Below are positions 10,807 to 20,879 of a DNA stretch of 64,000 bases, one piece after another. Position numbers and translations under genes: made by a program. The DNA lies in the NCBI GenBank assembly GCA_038747915.1, contig JBCDJJ010000003.1, positions 19,740 through 83,739 on the forward strand. The letters are read 5' to 3'. Each line of letters starts with the position of its first letter. The first letter of the stretch is position 1. The DNA is from Planctomycetota bacterium (GTDB lineage Bacteria; Planctomycetota; Phycisphaerae; Phycisphaerales; UBA1924). The notes beneath the pieces are model-generated. The model worked only from the letters and a program-made list of their open reading frames with translations. It was not told the origin of the DNA and did not search any database.

Positions 10807-11871
10807 ATGACAAATAAAACGTTTTATCCAGCATCTGTCCGACGTGGCTTCACGTTGATTGAGTTGCTGGTCGTCGTCGCGGTGATCGCGTTATTGATCG
10901 GTCTTCTGCTCCCGGCCCTTGGGCGAGCGCGTTCGACGGCTCAGCAGATCGGCTGCCTCGCGAACTCGCGGCAGATCGGTGTGGGTGTGCTCGCGTACTC
11001 GGTCGACTCCAACGACCAGACGATGCCGGTGAACTACGTTCCCAAGAACGAGGCGAACCCGGTGCCCATCGCGACGGTGAGTGAGGCGGACTTTCGGGTC
11101 TGGGACTGGGCGTACACGTACGACGCGAACGGTAACCGTGTGGGGACGGGCATCCTGGTCGAGTACCTGGGCGATGTGCGGGCGATCGTGGAGTGTCCGA
11201 CGAACCGGCGTCGTGATCCCGGCGGTGTGCGCGAACCGCTCGACCGTCAGGGCAACAACGACCTCGAGGACATCTATGGCTCGAGCGACCTGAACTTCGA
11301 CTACACGTTCCCGGATGCGACACAGGGCGCGCGCACAACCAATGCCTTCGATGTGTGGCAGCGGGCACACCCGGACGCGTTGACGTCCAGCGGAGGCGGC
11401 GAGGTGCTGAGTCGTGCCGAAGGGCGCGATGCCCGCGAGGCGGGCGAGTTGGTGGCATTCCCCGGACTGCCGATCATGGTTGAGGAGAGCACGCGGTTCA
11501 ACAACCGCAACGCCGCGGGCGGTGTGACCGACGGTCGGTGGGGAACGGACGATGAGATCACCGATCGCCACTTCGGCGGCGGGCACGTGCTGCTGCTGGA
11601 TGGGTCTGTCGTCTTGTACAAGGTGCCGGATCGGATGAGCCCGTCGCTAGATGATGGACGCGCGGTGCCGGCCGTGCGTGATGGGATCAGTGCTCGCGAC
11701 CTGTACGTGCGGGCGGGGCGCCGCGGGGCGTACCACCAGATGTTCGAGCTCAACCACCGTGTCGGCGGAACCTCGATCGACAATGAGGGTGTGTTGGTCT
11801 CCGGCAGCGAGCTGATCTTCAACTCGGGCTACGGCGCGATCAATACGCCCGAGGAACGTCGCGCCGAATAA
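10807..11871 (+). CDS. DUF1559/H-X9-DG protein with prepilin-type N-terminal cleavage/methylation domain
   Basis: [26 protein letters not shown]-terminus, and C-terminal [14 protein letters not shown] (H-X9-DG motif). Confidence 0.75.
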   Translation: MTNKTFYPASVRRGFTLIELLVVVAVIALLIGLLLPALGRARSTAQQIGCLANSRQIGVGVLAYSVDSNDQTMPVNYVPKNEANPVPIATVSEADFRVWDWAYTYDANGNRVGTGILVEYLGDVRAIVECPTNRRRDPGGVREPLDRQGNNDLEDIYGSSDLNFDYTFPDATQGARTTNAFDVWQRAHPDALTSSGGGEVLSRAEGRDAREAGELVAFPGLPIMVEESTRFNNRNAAGGVTDGRWGTDDEITDRHFGGGHVLLLDGSVVLYKVPDRMSPSLDDGRAVPAVRDGISARDLYVRAGRRGAYHQMFELNHRVGGTSIDNEGVLVSGSELIFNSGYGAINTPEERRAE

Positions 11872-12075
11872 CTCGTACTCCTTGTGGCGTGATCGTCGTA
11901 CTGCGCCGCCCTCTGCCAACTCCTCCGATCTCGAAGGATTGTCGGCCGGTCCTGAACCTCTTCTGGCGAGGTCGGCGGCTCCTGCATCGACCGTGTGTCC
12001 CATACCGCTTTACCCATGTGCGTGCGTGGCCCCGAGGTCATGCACCGATCTCCCGATGAAGGAAGGCGAATCGCC

Positions 12076-15000
12076 ATGTCTCCCGCTGTTCGATGGTGCG
12101 TGCTCTGTGTTTCGCTCGGCGTTCTGTTGGTCTCGAGTGTGATGGCTTCGGATGGCGAGCATCCCGCGCAGGCGCGGACGCGCCAGGATCATCCCCCGGC
12201 TCGAGACGTGACGGATGCGTCGAACGCGGCTCTCTACGCGGTGGGGTACTCGCATCTGGATACGCAGTGGCGGTGGGACTTCGTGCAGAGCATCGATGCG
12301 TACCTCCTGGATACGCTCGATCACAACTTCGACTTGTTCGAGCGCTATCCCGAGTACACGTTCAGCTTCACGGGGTCGGTGCGGTACGAGATGATGAAGG
12401 AGTACTACCCGGCGCGGTACGAGCGGCTGAAGTCGTACATCGACGCGGGTCGATGGTTCGTGAGCGGATCATCGGTGGAAGAGGGGGATGTTCTGGTACC
12501 CTCGCCGGAGTCGATCATCCGCCAGGTGCTGTACGGGAACTTGTTCTTTGAGCGTGAGTTCGGGAAGACGAGCACAGATTTCATGCTGCCGGACTGCTTC
12601 GGGTTCCCGTGGTCACTGCCGTCGGCGTGGGCGCACTGCGGTCTGCTCGGGTTTTCGACGCAGAAGCTCACGTGGGGCTCGGCGATCGGGATTCCCTTTG
12701 GGATCGGGGTGTGGGAAGGGCCGGATGGTCACGGTGTGATCGCGGCGCTCAACCCGGGCAGCTACAACGACTCGATCACGGATTACCCGGCGGACCAGGA
12801 CCCCTCGTGGGCCGAACGGATCTCGGTGAACGGCGAGCGTTTCGATCTGCACGCTGATTTTCATTATTACGGTGTGGGGGACATGGGCGGTGCACCGCCG
12901 GAGGCCGCGGTCGTGAACTACACAGAGAGCGGCGGTCGGTCGTCGTCGCTGTACGACGTGATCCTCCCAAGCTCGGACGACCTCTTTGAGGACATTACGC
13001 CGGCGATCCGCGCTCGTCTGCCGCGGCACTCCGGGGACATGCTGCTGACGGAGCACTCGTCAGGCACCCTGACCTCGCAGAGCTACGTGAAGCGCTGGAA
13101 CCGTCATGCCGAGTTGCTGCTCGATGCGGCGGAGCGAGCGAGTGTGGCGGCGTGGTGGTTGGGTTTCGAGGACTCGTCTCGGGAGAAGCTGGAGCGGTCA
13201 TGGGTGCGTACGCTCGCGACACAGATGCACGACATCGTGCCTGGAACGAGTGTGCCGGTGGCCTACACGTACTCGTGGAACGATCAGATCCTGTCGCTGA
13301 ATCTGGCGGCGTCGACGCTCACCTCGTCGGTCGGTGCTGTGGCGTCTCGGCTTGACACGCGCGCGGTGGGCACGCCGGTGGTTGTATTCAATCCGAGTTC
13401 GTTTGCACGACGGGATATCGCACAGGCGCGTGTGGATCTGGGCGGGGCGAGCTATGCGCGCGTGTTCGATCCGGACGGTGTCGAGGTACCGAGTCAGGTG
13501 GTGGAACGAGCTGGATCGATGGCAACGGTGCTCTTCGTCACGGATGCCGAACCGGTGAGCTTCGGTGTGTACGACGTCCGTGGGTCCGACACCGCATTCG
13601 ACGACAACGGTGGGCCGTCGGTCACGCCGGACACGCTCGAGAACGCTCGGTACCGCGTCCGGATCAACGAGGCGGGTGACATCGCGAGTGTGTACGACAA
13701 GTTGAATGGTCGCGAGTTGCTTTCGGCGCCAGCGGGCCTTGTATTCACGTTCGAGCGCCCGCGGGAGTGGCCGGCGTGGAACATGGACTGGAAAGACCGG
13801 CGTCAGCCCCCGTTCGCGCGGGTGGAGGGGCCGGCGACGGTTCGGATTGTGGAGGATGGCCCGGTGCGGGTGGCGCTGGCGATCACGCGTCATGCCCAGA
13901 ACTCCGAGTTCACGCAGACTATCCGGCTGGCCCGTGCCGATGCGGGAGATGTGGTGGAGGTGAAAGCCGATGTCGACTGGCAGTCGACGGAGACGGCGCT
14001 CAAGGCGTCGTTCCCACTGTCGGTGTCGAACCCCGAGGCCACTTACAACCTTGGCCTCGGCACGATCCGGCGTGGCAACAACGACCCCGCGAAGTACGAG
14101 GTGCCATCGCACGAGTGGTTCAATCTGACCGATCGCACCGGTGACTACGGTGTCACGGTGGTGGAGGACAGCAAGTTTGGCTCGGACAAGCCGGCCGATA
14201 ACGAGGTGCGTCTGACACTCCTCTACACCCCTGGCGTGCGGAACGCATACCTCGACCAGCACAGTCAGGATTGGGGATTGCACGAAATCCGGTACGGCGT
14301 GTTCGGCCACACGGGCGACTGGCGTGATGCGGACAGCTACGTGCATGCACGTCATTTCAACCAGCCGGTGCGCACGTTCGTGGTTCCGAAGTCGGACGGA
14401 CCGCTCGGGCGGTCGTTCGGCTTCGTGACACCGAGTGAGCCTCGGGTGGCGGTGCGTGCGCTGAAGCTGGGCGAGCGGCGGGACGTGCTGGTGGTACGGG
14501 TGCGCGAGATGGAGGGGCGTGACGCCGATGGTGTGCGGCTCACGTTTCCATCGCGGGTAGTGTCAGTGCGTGAGGTCGATGGCCAGGAGCGCGCGATCGA
14601 TGGATCGGGCGTGTCGGCGGATGGGCAATCAATCACGTTTTCGCTCTCGCCGTACTTCACCCGAGCGTTCGAGGTCGAACTGGCGCCGCCGAGCGAGTCG
14701 ATGGCCGGCGTGGTGTCAAGACCAGTTTCCCTGCCGCGAGACACGGAGGTCGCGAGTTCGGATGGTGTGTGGTCGGTGCCGCGTGGCATGGATCATGAGG
14801 GCCGGAACTACCCCGTAGAGATGCTTCCTCGGGAGTTGGTCGACGACGGTGTGCGGTTCGAACTCGCGAGTGCCGACGAGGCGCCCGGGCGGGCGGTGGC
14901 GTGCCGTGGCCAGACGATCGAGCTTCCGGATGGAGGAGACCGCGTTCATCTGCTCGCTGCGGCGACCGCGGATGCGGAGGCGACGTTTGCTGTCGGCGGG

Positions 15001-16050
15001 CTCGAGCAGCGGCTCGGTGTTCAACAGTGGACCGGCTTCATCGGGCAATGGGACGACCGTGTGTTCGACACTGTGTTTCCGGTGGTGGACTACATCAACG
15101 AGGGGCGTGTCAAGGCGATCGTGCCGGGGTACATCAAGCGTGACCCGGTGGCGTGGTTCGCGACGCACCGGCACCATCCGGACAATGAGAACGAGGCCTA
15201 CCGGTTCTCGTATCTGTTCCACTACGCACTCGAGCGGCCCGATGGAGCCACGACCCTGACGCTGCCGCACGACGAGCGGATCCGAGTGTTCGCGGTGTCT
15301 GTCGCGGACACATCGGCGGTGACCGCGGACCCAGCGGCGCCGCTGTACGACTCATTTGACGATCGGCCTCGGATCGAGATGCGGCACGACTACGACACCT
15401 TTGGGTACTCGTCGGGCGTGTCGCCGCTGCCGCGCACGCCGTCGCATGATCGTCTGGGTGCGCCGAACGAGGTGACGATCGATCGGGCGGAGCGGTTCGC
15501 TGATCTGTCGATGGGGCCGCCGTCGAGCGATGATCTGGGTGACCGGTCCGTGAGCGGTGCGGTGTACCGGTACTTCGACGTCAAGGGTGAGCTGATGCCG
15601 CACCCGCTCGCCGGCGCGGAGGGCGATACGCTGCCGCGGCTGAACGACGGGGATGTGGCCCGGCACGACGACGACGTCGAGCGCTCCGTATGGTTCGATT
15701 ACCACGGACGCTTCGGCGTGGATCTGGGGCGGGCGGTCTCGATCGACGCCATCAGGGTGTACTCCTGGCATCGCGGTGATCGGGCGCCGCAGGACTTTAC
15801 GGTGTGGGGCTCGAATGCAGAGGAGATGCCAGACCCACTCTTTAGTGTTGCCGAGGGTTCCGGGTGGGAGTTTGTTGCAGCGGTGAACACGCTCGACCTC
15901 GGTCACGGAGGTACGCACGGCAGCGCGATTCGTGGTCGTGATCGGCCGATGGGCCCATACCGTTGGTTGCTGTGGGTCGCGCCCGCGAAGCAATCGGGCA
16001 CATTCTTCTCGGAGATCGACATCGAATCATCGTCCGACGGAGAACGCTGA
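12076..16050 (+). CDS. Glycoside hydrolase family 38 (alpha-mannosidase-like), secreted
   Basis: Signal peptide MSPAVRWCVLCVSLGVLLVSSVMA. GH38 N-domain YTFSFTGSVRYEMMKEYYP...MLPDCFGF. About 1324 aa. SD GGAAGG upstream of the ATG at 12076. Confidence 0.75.
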   Translation: MSPAVRWCVLCVSLGVLLVSSVMASDGEHPAQARTRQDHPPARDVTDASNAALYAVGYSHLDTQWRWDFVQSIDAYLLDTLDHNFDLFERYPEYTFSFTGSVRYEMMKEYYPARYERLKSYIDAGRWFVSGSSVEEGDVLVPSPESIIRQVLYGNLFFEREFGKTSTDFMLPDCFGFPWSLPSAWAHCGLLGFSTQKLTWGSAIGIPFGIGVWEGPDGHGVIAALNPGSYNDSITDYPADQDPSWAERISVNGERFDLHADFHYYGVGDMGGAPPEAAVVNYTESGGRSSSLYDVILPSSDDLFEDITPAIRARLPRHSGDMLLTEHSSGTLTSQSYVKRWNRHAELLLDAAERASVAAWWLGFEDSSREKLERSWVRTLATQMHDIVPGTSVPVAYTYSWNDQILSLNLAASTLTSSVGAVASRLDTRAVGTPVVVFNPSSFARRDIAQARVDLGGASYARVFDPDGVEVPSQVVERAGSMATVLFVTDAEPVSFGVYDVRGSDTAFDDNGGPSVTPDTLENARYRVRINEAGDIASVYDKLNGRELLSAPAGLVFTFERPREWPAWNMDWKDRRQPPFARVEGPATVRIVEDGPVRVALAITRHAQNSEFTQTIRLARADAGDVVEVKADVDWQSTETALKASFPLSVSNPEATYNLGLGTIRRGNNDPAKYEVPSHEWFNLTDRTGDYGVTVVEDSKFGSDKPADNEVRLTLLYTPGVRNAYLDQHSQDWGLHEIRYGVFGHTGDWRDADSYVHARHFNQPVRTFVVPKSDGPLGRSFGFVTPSEPRVAVRALKLGERRDVLVVRVREMEGRDADGVRLTFPSRVVSVREVDGQERAIDGSGVSADGQSITFSLSPYFTRAFEVELAPPSESMAGVVSRPVSLPRDTEVASSDGVWSVPRGMDHEGRNYPVEMLPRELVDDGVRFELASADEAPGRAVACRGQTIELPDGGDRVHLLAAATADAEATFAVGGLEQRLGVQQWTGFIGQWDDRVFDTVFPVVDYINEGRVKAIVPGYIKRDPVAWFATHRHHPDNENEAYRFSYLFHYALERPDGATTLTLPHDERIRVFAVSVADTSAVTADPAAPLYDSFDDRPRIEMRHDYDTFGYSSGVSPLPRTPSHDRLGAPNEVTIDRAERFADLSMGPPSSDDLGDRSVSGAVYRYFDVKGELMPHPLAGAEGDTLPRLNDGDVARHDDDVERSVWFDYHGRFGVDLGRAVSIDAIRVYSWHRGDRAPQDFTVWGSNAEEMPDPLFSVAEGSGWEFVAAVNTLDLGHGGTHGSAIRGRDRPMGPYRWLLWVAPAKQSGTFFSEIDIESSSDGER

Positions 16051-16530
16051 TCGCGCCGTGCGAGGTCTTCGAGCGTTCCTACTCAACTCGTTGTGCGCAG
16101 CCACGGTGTCAGAAGCAGTTGGTGGCATCGCTCGGTGTGGATCGGTGCGCTACCGACTATATCGCTCGCTATGGCGACGATCGCATCCGGCACACCAGGC
16201 ACCGTCGGCACTGCATAACCTGGATGAACACCAATTCGATCGGGCTCGGATCTGACGAGCCCAATATTGAGCGTGCCTTGGTCATCGTCCCAGTGGGTGT
16301 GTCGCTCTGCGAAGAGTTACGCGAGTAGCGCTCGGTCGGCGTTGTAGATGCCAGTGCTGATCTGGTTACGCAGCACGGTCTCGCCGGGCTCGCCGCACTG
16401 TTGCTTGCTCCACCCATGAACAGAAATGGAGCGACGTGACCATATGCAGCAGCATGCAACGATACATCGCCGAGCCGAGCGACGAGATCAATGGGGATGC
16501 CCTAGCGTGATCACACCGACGGTGTATGGG

Positions 16531-17979
16531 TTACGGGCGTGTGACCCCGAGACGTTCGTGGATACGCTCGAGTGGCACGCCCTTCGTCTCCGGCATCACG
16601 AGAACGACCCAGACAAGCTGAGCGATCATGCAGACGGTGTAGAACGCGAACACGTAGCCGCCCGAAAACTCGGCGATCATCGGGAACGTCTGTGAAATGA
16701 TCGCGGCGAATATCCAGTGCGTGAAGCTGCCGAGGGCTTGTCCGCGTGCACGGACTTTGTTGGGAAAAATCTCGCCGAGGAAGACCCAGATGACGGCGCC
16801 TTGGCCGACAGCGTGCGATGCAATGAAGACCATCAAGCTCGCGAATACCACGTATCCGGCGGAGGTATTGGTGAACGTGCGCATGCTCTCGCCAGCATCA
16901 CTGGTCACGAGCTCGCTGAAGGCGAGAAAAGCCGCGGTCGCAGTGCCAAGGCTGAGGATGTACCCGACGGAACCGATGAGCATGAGTTTTTTTCGACCGA
17001 AGCTGTCGATCAGTGCCATGCCGATCATCGTGAACACGAGGTTCATCAGGCCGAGCCCGACAGAGTTGAGTAGTCCGGCGCTTTCTTGGAAACCAGCACT
17101 TCGGAAGATCGTCGGTGCGTAGTAGAGGATCGCGTTGATGCCGCTTAGCTGGTTGAACGCGGCGATTGCCACAGCGAGCAGGATGGGTGTGCTGTATTTT
17201 CTCTGGAAGAGTTTTTCGTGCAGCGCATCTCGATCGAAGTCGATGGATGCCTGGATCTCGCCGATCTCATCCTCGGCCGAGCGGTTCTCGTCGGTCCCGA
17301 CCTGCTTCAGCACTCGGGTGGCCTCGTCGCGTCGGCCGCGTGCTACGAGCCAACGTGGACTCTCGGGGACGGAGAACAGTAAAGCGAAGTAAGCGGCTGC
17401 CGGCACGGCCTCGACGCCGAGCATCCACCGCCAGCCGTAGTCGAGGAACCACGCGCGATACTCGTCGGTGCCGACGGGATGGCCGGTGAGACGTTCGCCG
17501 ACCGTGGCGATGACGAAGTTCGATGCGAATGCGAGCAGGATCCCCAAGACGATGTTGAACTGCGCGAGCGCCACCAGGCGCCCGCGCCGGCGTGCAGGCG
17601 CGATTTCGGCGATGTACATCGGGGCGACGACAGACGCGCCGCCGACCCCGAGGCCGCCGATGAACCGGAAGAGGATGAACGACAGGTCGTTCCAGGCCAG
17701 CGCGCTGCCGAGCGCGGAGACGAAGTAGAGGATGGCCAGCAGGAACATCACCGATCGGCGGCCGACGAGGTCGGCGGGTTTGCCCACCGCGATGGCACCG
17801 ATCACCGTGCCGATCAATGCGCTCGCGACGGCGAAGCCCAATCCGGCGGCATCGAGTTCAAAGACGTCGGCAAGCGCATCGGTCGTGCCCGAGATGACAG
17901 CGGTGTCGAATCCGAACAACAACCCACCGAGCGCCGCGATCACAGCGCAACGCGTTGATGCCAGAGTCGTTGAATTCAT
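16531..17979 (-). CDS. MFS sugar porter family transporter
   Basis: 12-TM protein with sugar-porter signatures GRRSVMFLLAILYFVSALGSA and PESPRWL. Confidence 0.85.
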   Translation of the reverse strand: MNSTTLASTRCAVIAALGGLLFGFDTAVISGTTDALADVFELDAAGLGFAVASALIGTVIGAIAVGKPADLVGRRSVMFLLAILYFVSALGSALAWNDLSFILFRFIGGLGVGGASVVAPMYIAEIAPARRRGRLVALAQFNIVLGILLAFASNFVIATVGERLTGHPVGTDEYRAWFLDYGWRWMLGVEAVPAAAYFALLFSVPESPRWLVARGRRDEATRVLKQVGTDENRSAEDEIGEIQASIDFDRDALHEKLFQRKYSTPILLAVAIAAFNQLSGINAILYYAPTIFRSAGFQESAGLLNSVGLGLMNLVFTMIGMALIDSFGRKKLMLIGSVGYILSLGTATAAFLAFSELVTSDAGESMRTFTNTSAGYVVFASLMVFIASHAVGQGAVIWVFLGEIFPNKVRARGQALGSFTHWIFAAIISQTFPMIAEFSGGYVFAFYTVCMIAQLVWVVLVMPETKGVPLERIHERLGVTRP

Positions 17980-18454
17980 ATTCAGTCTTTCTTTGATTCA
18001 TGACCAGTGTGTGTGGCCCTGAGGCGAGCAGGGATGTCGCTCACCGATGCACGGTGATGTGGCGGGGCACGAAGAGGAGTAGGCCACTGAGCCCAGGAAT
18101 CGTCAATGTGTCCCGTAACAAAATGACGCAAAATGAAGTATAATTCAGAATATGATGTGTATTGCGCATTCAGGCCACATTATCTGGATCAAGAAAAGCG
18201 TTTCACTCTTTGATACGTTCTCAGTTATCGGGGGTGCAGGCATCAATATGGTGCATCCATCAGGCTTAATATCGGTTTTTGAATCATTTGAGTCGTGATG
18301 TATCGTTGTCGTCTTGCATTCCGGTGATTTTACGACATGATACGGTAAAACGTATCTTTTGCAGGGCAACACCGGCAATTCGGTGGAGAGCTGCCGGGTT
18401 CTGCCAGAGATGGGAAACACACCGCGTCAACCCGGAGCCTTGGGGGTTTTTGAT

Positions 18455-19093
18455 ATGAAATCTGTGTTCAGTTCCTGCCTTGCGCTTGGCATTGCCGCGA
18501 CCGCGGCTGCGCAGCCGAACCTCTTGAACAACGCCAGCTTCGAGGACGACCTGTTCTTCGACTTCTCCGATTTGTCGAACTGGAATGTCTTTGCTGACAG
18601 TTTCCTTGGCGCATTCCCGATCGACATCAGCAACGGCACCGGTACCACAGCGAACACCGGCGACAGAGCCCTCGACGTGGTCGTCGATGGCAGCGGTGGG
18701 GCCGGCGGCATCGTTGGTGCTATCCAGGAGGTCTTCGGGGTTGTCGCCGGTACCGAGTACGAGCTCAGTGCGTTCGTGCGGAGCGATGGTCCGTTCACCG
18801 GCGGCCAAGGCGAGATCAACATGGAGTGGTTCAATGCCGCCGGCGACAGTCTCGGCACCGACCAACTGGTGATCACCGGTAATGATCTCACCGATACGTA
18901 CGAGCGATTCGCGGTCCGAGGTTTCGCGCCGACCGATGCTGTCCGTGTGAACGCGTTCTTGGTTGGGATCGTGATCGATGGCGTTGTGAACTACGCGCTC
19001 GACGACGCTGCGTTGGTCGTGATCCCGGCCCCTGCCACCGGGCTCGCCATGCTCGGCATGGGCGGTGTGGTGATCGTTCGCCGCCGCCGCTAG
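18455..19093 (+). CDS. PEP-CTERM sorting-domain secreted protein
   Basis: Signal peptide MKSVFSSCLALGIAATAAAQP and C-terminal PAPATGLAMLGMGGVVIVRRRR (PEP-CTERM-like anchor). Confidence 0.6.
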   Translation: MKSVFSSCLALGIAATAAAQPNLLNNASFEDDLFFDFSDLSNWNVFADSFLGAFPIDISNGTGTTANTGDRALDVVVDGSGGAGGIVGAIQEVFGVVAGTEYELSAFVRSDGPFTGGQGEINMEWFNAAGDSLGTDQLVITGNDLTDTYERFAVRGFAPTDAVRVNAFLVGIVIDGVVNYALDDAALVVIPAPATGLAMLGMGGVVIVRRRR

Positions 19094-19268
19094 TCACTCG
19101 GCCGACCACCTCCCACTCGGTGCGGGCGCGTGATGCGTGTCCGCATCGCTTCTCGTGTCACCTCGTTGGCCAGCGGGTGTGACTCGCGTCTTGATGTCAT
19201 CGCTCAAGTCCGCTCGTCGTTGATTCGAAGCCAGTTCGATCCCCTGAGATCTCTCGGAGCCTGCCCTG

Positions 19269-20078
19269 ATGTCACATCCCAGAACTCTCGTCGCGTGTGT
19301 GCTCGCTGCTGGTGTGTTCGGACTGCCCGCGCAGTCCCAGAATCTGCTCTCAAACCCGAGCTTCGAGACCGTTCTGCCGCCACTCGCGGGCGGTGGGCCG
19401 GCGAACTGGTTCCGATTCAACGGCATGCAGCCGAGCACCGACGAGTTCTTCGGCCCGGCGTTCGACGGCATGGCCACGATCGTGTCCGAGGGCGAGTTCC
19501 TGGGTGATGAGAGCCAGAGTGACAACGGACTCATTCAGAACACGAGCGTGTCCGGTGCTTCGGGTCGGTGCTTCCGATGCTCGGTGTATGCGCGTTCAAC
19601 CTCGCTCAATCCGATTCAACCGAGCAATCTTGACGTGCCGGGATCGCGGGGTCACTTCCCGCTGGTCATCATGGATTTCACGAATTCGAGCGGTAACGTG
19701 ATCGATGGTTTCTCGGTTGGTACGCAGGTCTTCGAGGCTGCGGACGACCCCGTGGATCAGTGGCTGCGCACATCGGTTCAGGCTGTGGCGCCCGAGGGCA
19801 CGGAGGGCATCACCGCGTTCCTGCTATTCATCCAGTTCGACAACTCTGTCGGACAGATGCTGTGGGATCTCGTTGAACTCGTTGAGGTCGACACGCTCCT
19901 GTGCCCTCCGGATTGGGATGACGACGGCGATTTGGATGGTGACGACGTCAGCGGCTTCCTGGTTGACACCGACTTCGATGGAGATGCCCCGGCGGTCGAT
20001 TACAACTGCGATACGTTGTTCGATGCGTTTGACGTGGCGGTCTTCCTCGACGACGTGTTTGTTGGCTGCCCGCTGTGA
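19269..20078 (+). CDS. Secreted protein, paralogous N-domain to 18455..19093, with an acidic Asp-rich C-terminal region
   Basis: Signal peptide. NLLSNPSFETV here versus NLLNNASFEDD in the neighbour. C-terminal DWDDDGDLDGDDVSGFLVDTDFDGD (Ca-binding or dockerin-like; inference). Confidence 0.5.
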   Translation: MSHPRTLVACVLAAGVFGLPAQSQNLLSNPSFETVLPPLAGGGPANWFRFNGMQPSTDEFFGPAFDGMATIVSEGEFLGDESQSDNGLIQNTSVSGASGRCFRCSVYARSTSLNPIQPSNLDVPGSRGHFPLVIMDFTNSSGNVIDGFSVGTQVFEAADDPVDQWLRTSVQAVAPEGTEGITAFLLFIQFDNSVGQMLWDLVELVEVDTLLCPPDWDDDGDLDGDDVSGFLVDTDFDGDAPAVDYNCDTLFDAFDVAVFLDDVFVGCPL

Positions 20079-20742
20079 TATGCCGCTGAGGCGGGAGGCC
20101 CTCGAACGCACGCGTACGACCGGCTGTTGATGACTTCTTCCGCCTCAGAAGTGAGGCGTCTGGAGTTCGGTGTGTCTCCGAACCGTTGCTGGTATCGCAT
20201 GTGCTCACAGCGATTCGAAGAGCACTCATTGAGCGTGGGCTCATCAAGGCCACAATTCGCTCTGATGCTGTCACCGCGGCTATCAGGGTGTTTTCGGAGG
20301 AACTGACCGATCGCGCTCGACGGCTCGACGTTGAGTGAGGTGGATTCCTTTTTTCAATGGTGACGACTTTGTAGAGATCTGCTTGCACTGCGGGCGACTT
20401 CTGCGAGCCGGCTCACACTGGCGGGCGTGACGCTGCGGGCTGACCAATGGTTCATGCGGCACACCGACTCTCGGACGACGCTGAAGCACGACATGGTGCT
20501 CGGGGTGGCCGATACGGCGACAGCTGTCGGGATCGATTGTTGGCCTTGGGTGCCTGCAACGCGTTGCCACCGGGACGCACAGATGCTCGGATCGCACGCG
20601 GGGTCTGTTATCGATGATCGCAGCGAGCCTGCGAGATGACACGAATCATCGCGGATCGGCATCGACGGCGTCGGATCGAGCAGTGGCACGTAGATCTCAG
20701 TGCACGCGAGTGATGGCGACTCGGTGCGTGCTGATGCGCCAG

Positions 20743-20815
20743 TGGAGCGGAGGGGGCTCGAACCCCTAACCCCTGGCTTGCAAAGCCAGTGCTCTCCCAA
20801 TTGAGCTACCGCCCC
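20743..20815 (-). tRNA. tRNA-Ala (anticodon TGC)
   Basis: Reverse complement reads GGGGCGGTAGCTCAATTGGGAGAGCACTGGCTTTGCAAGCCAGGGGTTAGGGGTTCGAGCCCCCTCCGCTCCA. Cloverleaf with G3:U70, anticodon loop TT-TGC-AA, T-loop GGTTCGAGCCC. Confidence 0.8.
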
Positions 20816-20879
20816 GGGTGCGGACAGGCTAGCTCGGCTCGAGCGGCTGGGCGAGCGCGGGGAGTGATTCTGGCGGCGA

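Noticed and set aside
13198-14355. 385-aa minus-strand Arg/His-rich ORF
   Set aside because: Lies inside and antisense to the GH38 gene. Compositional artefact.
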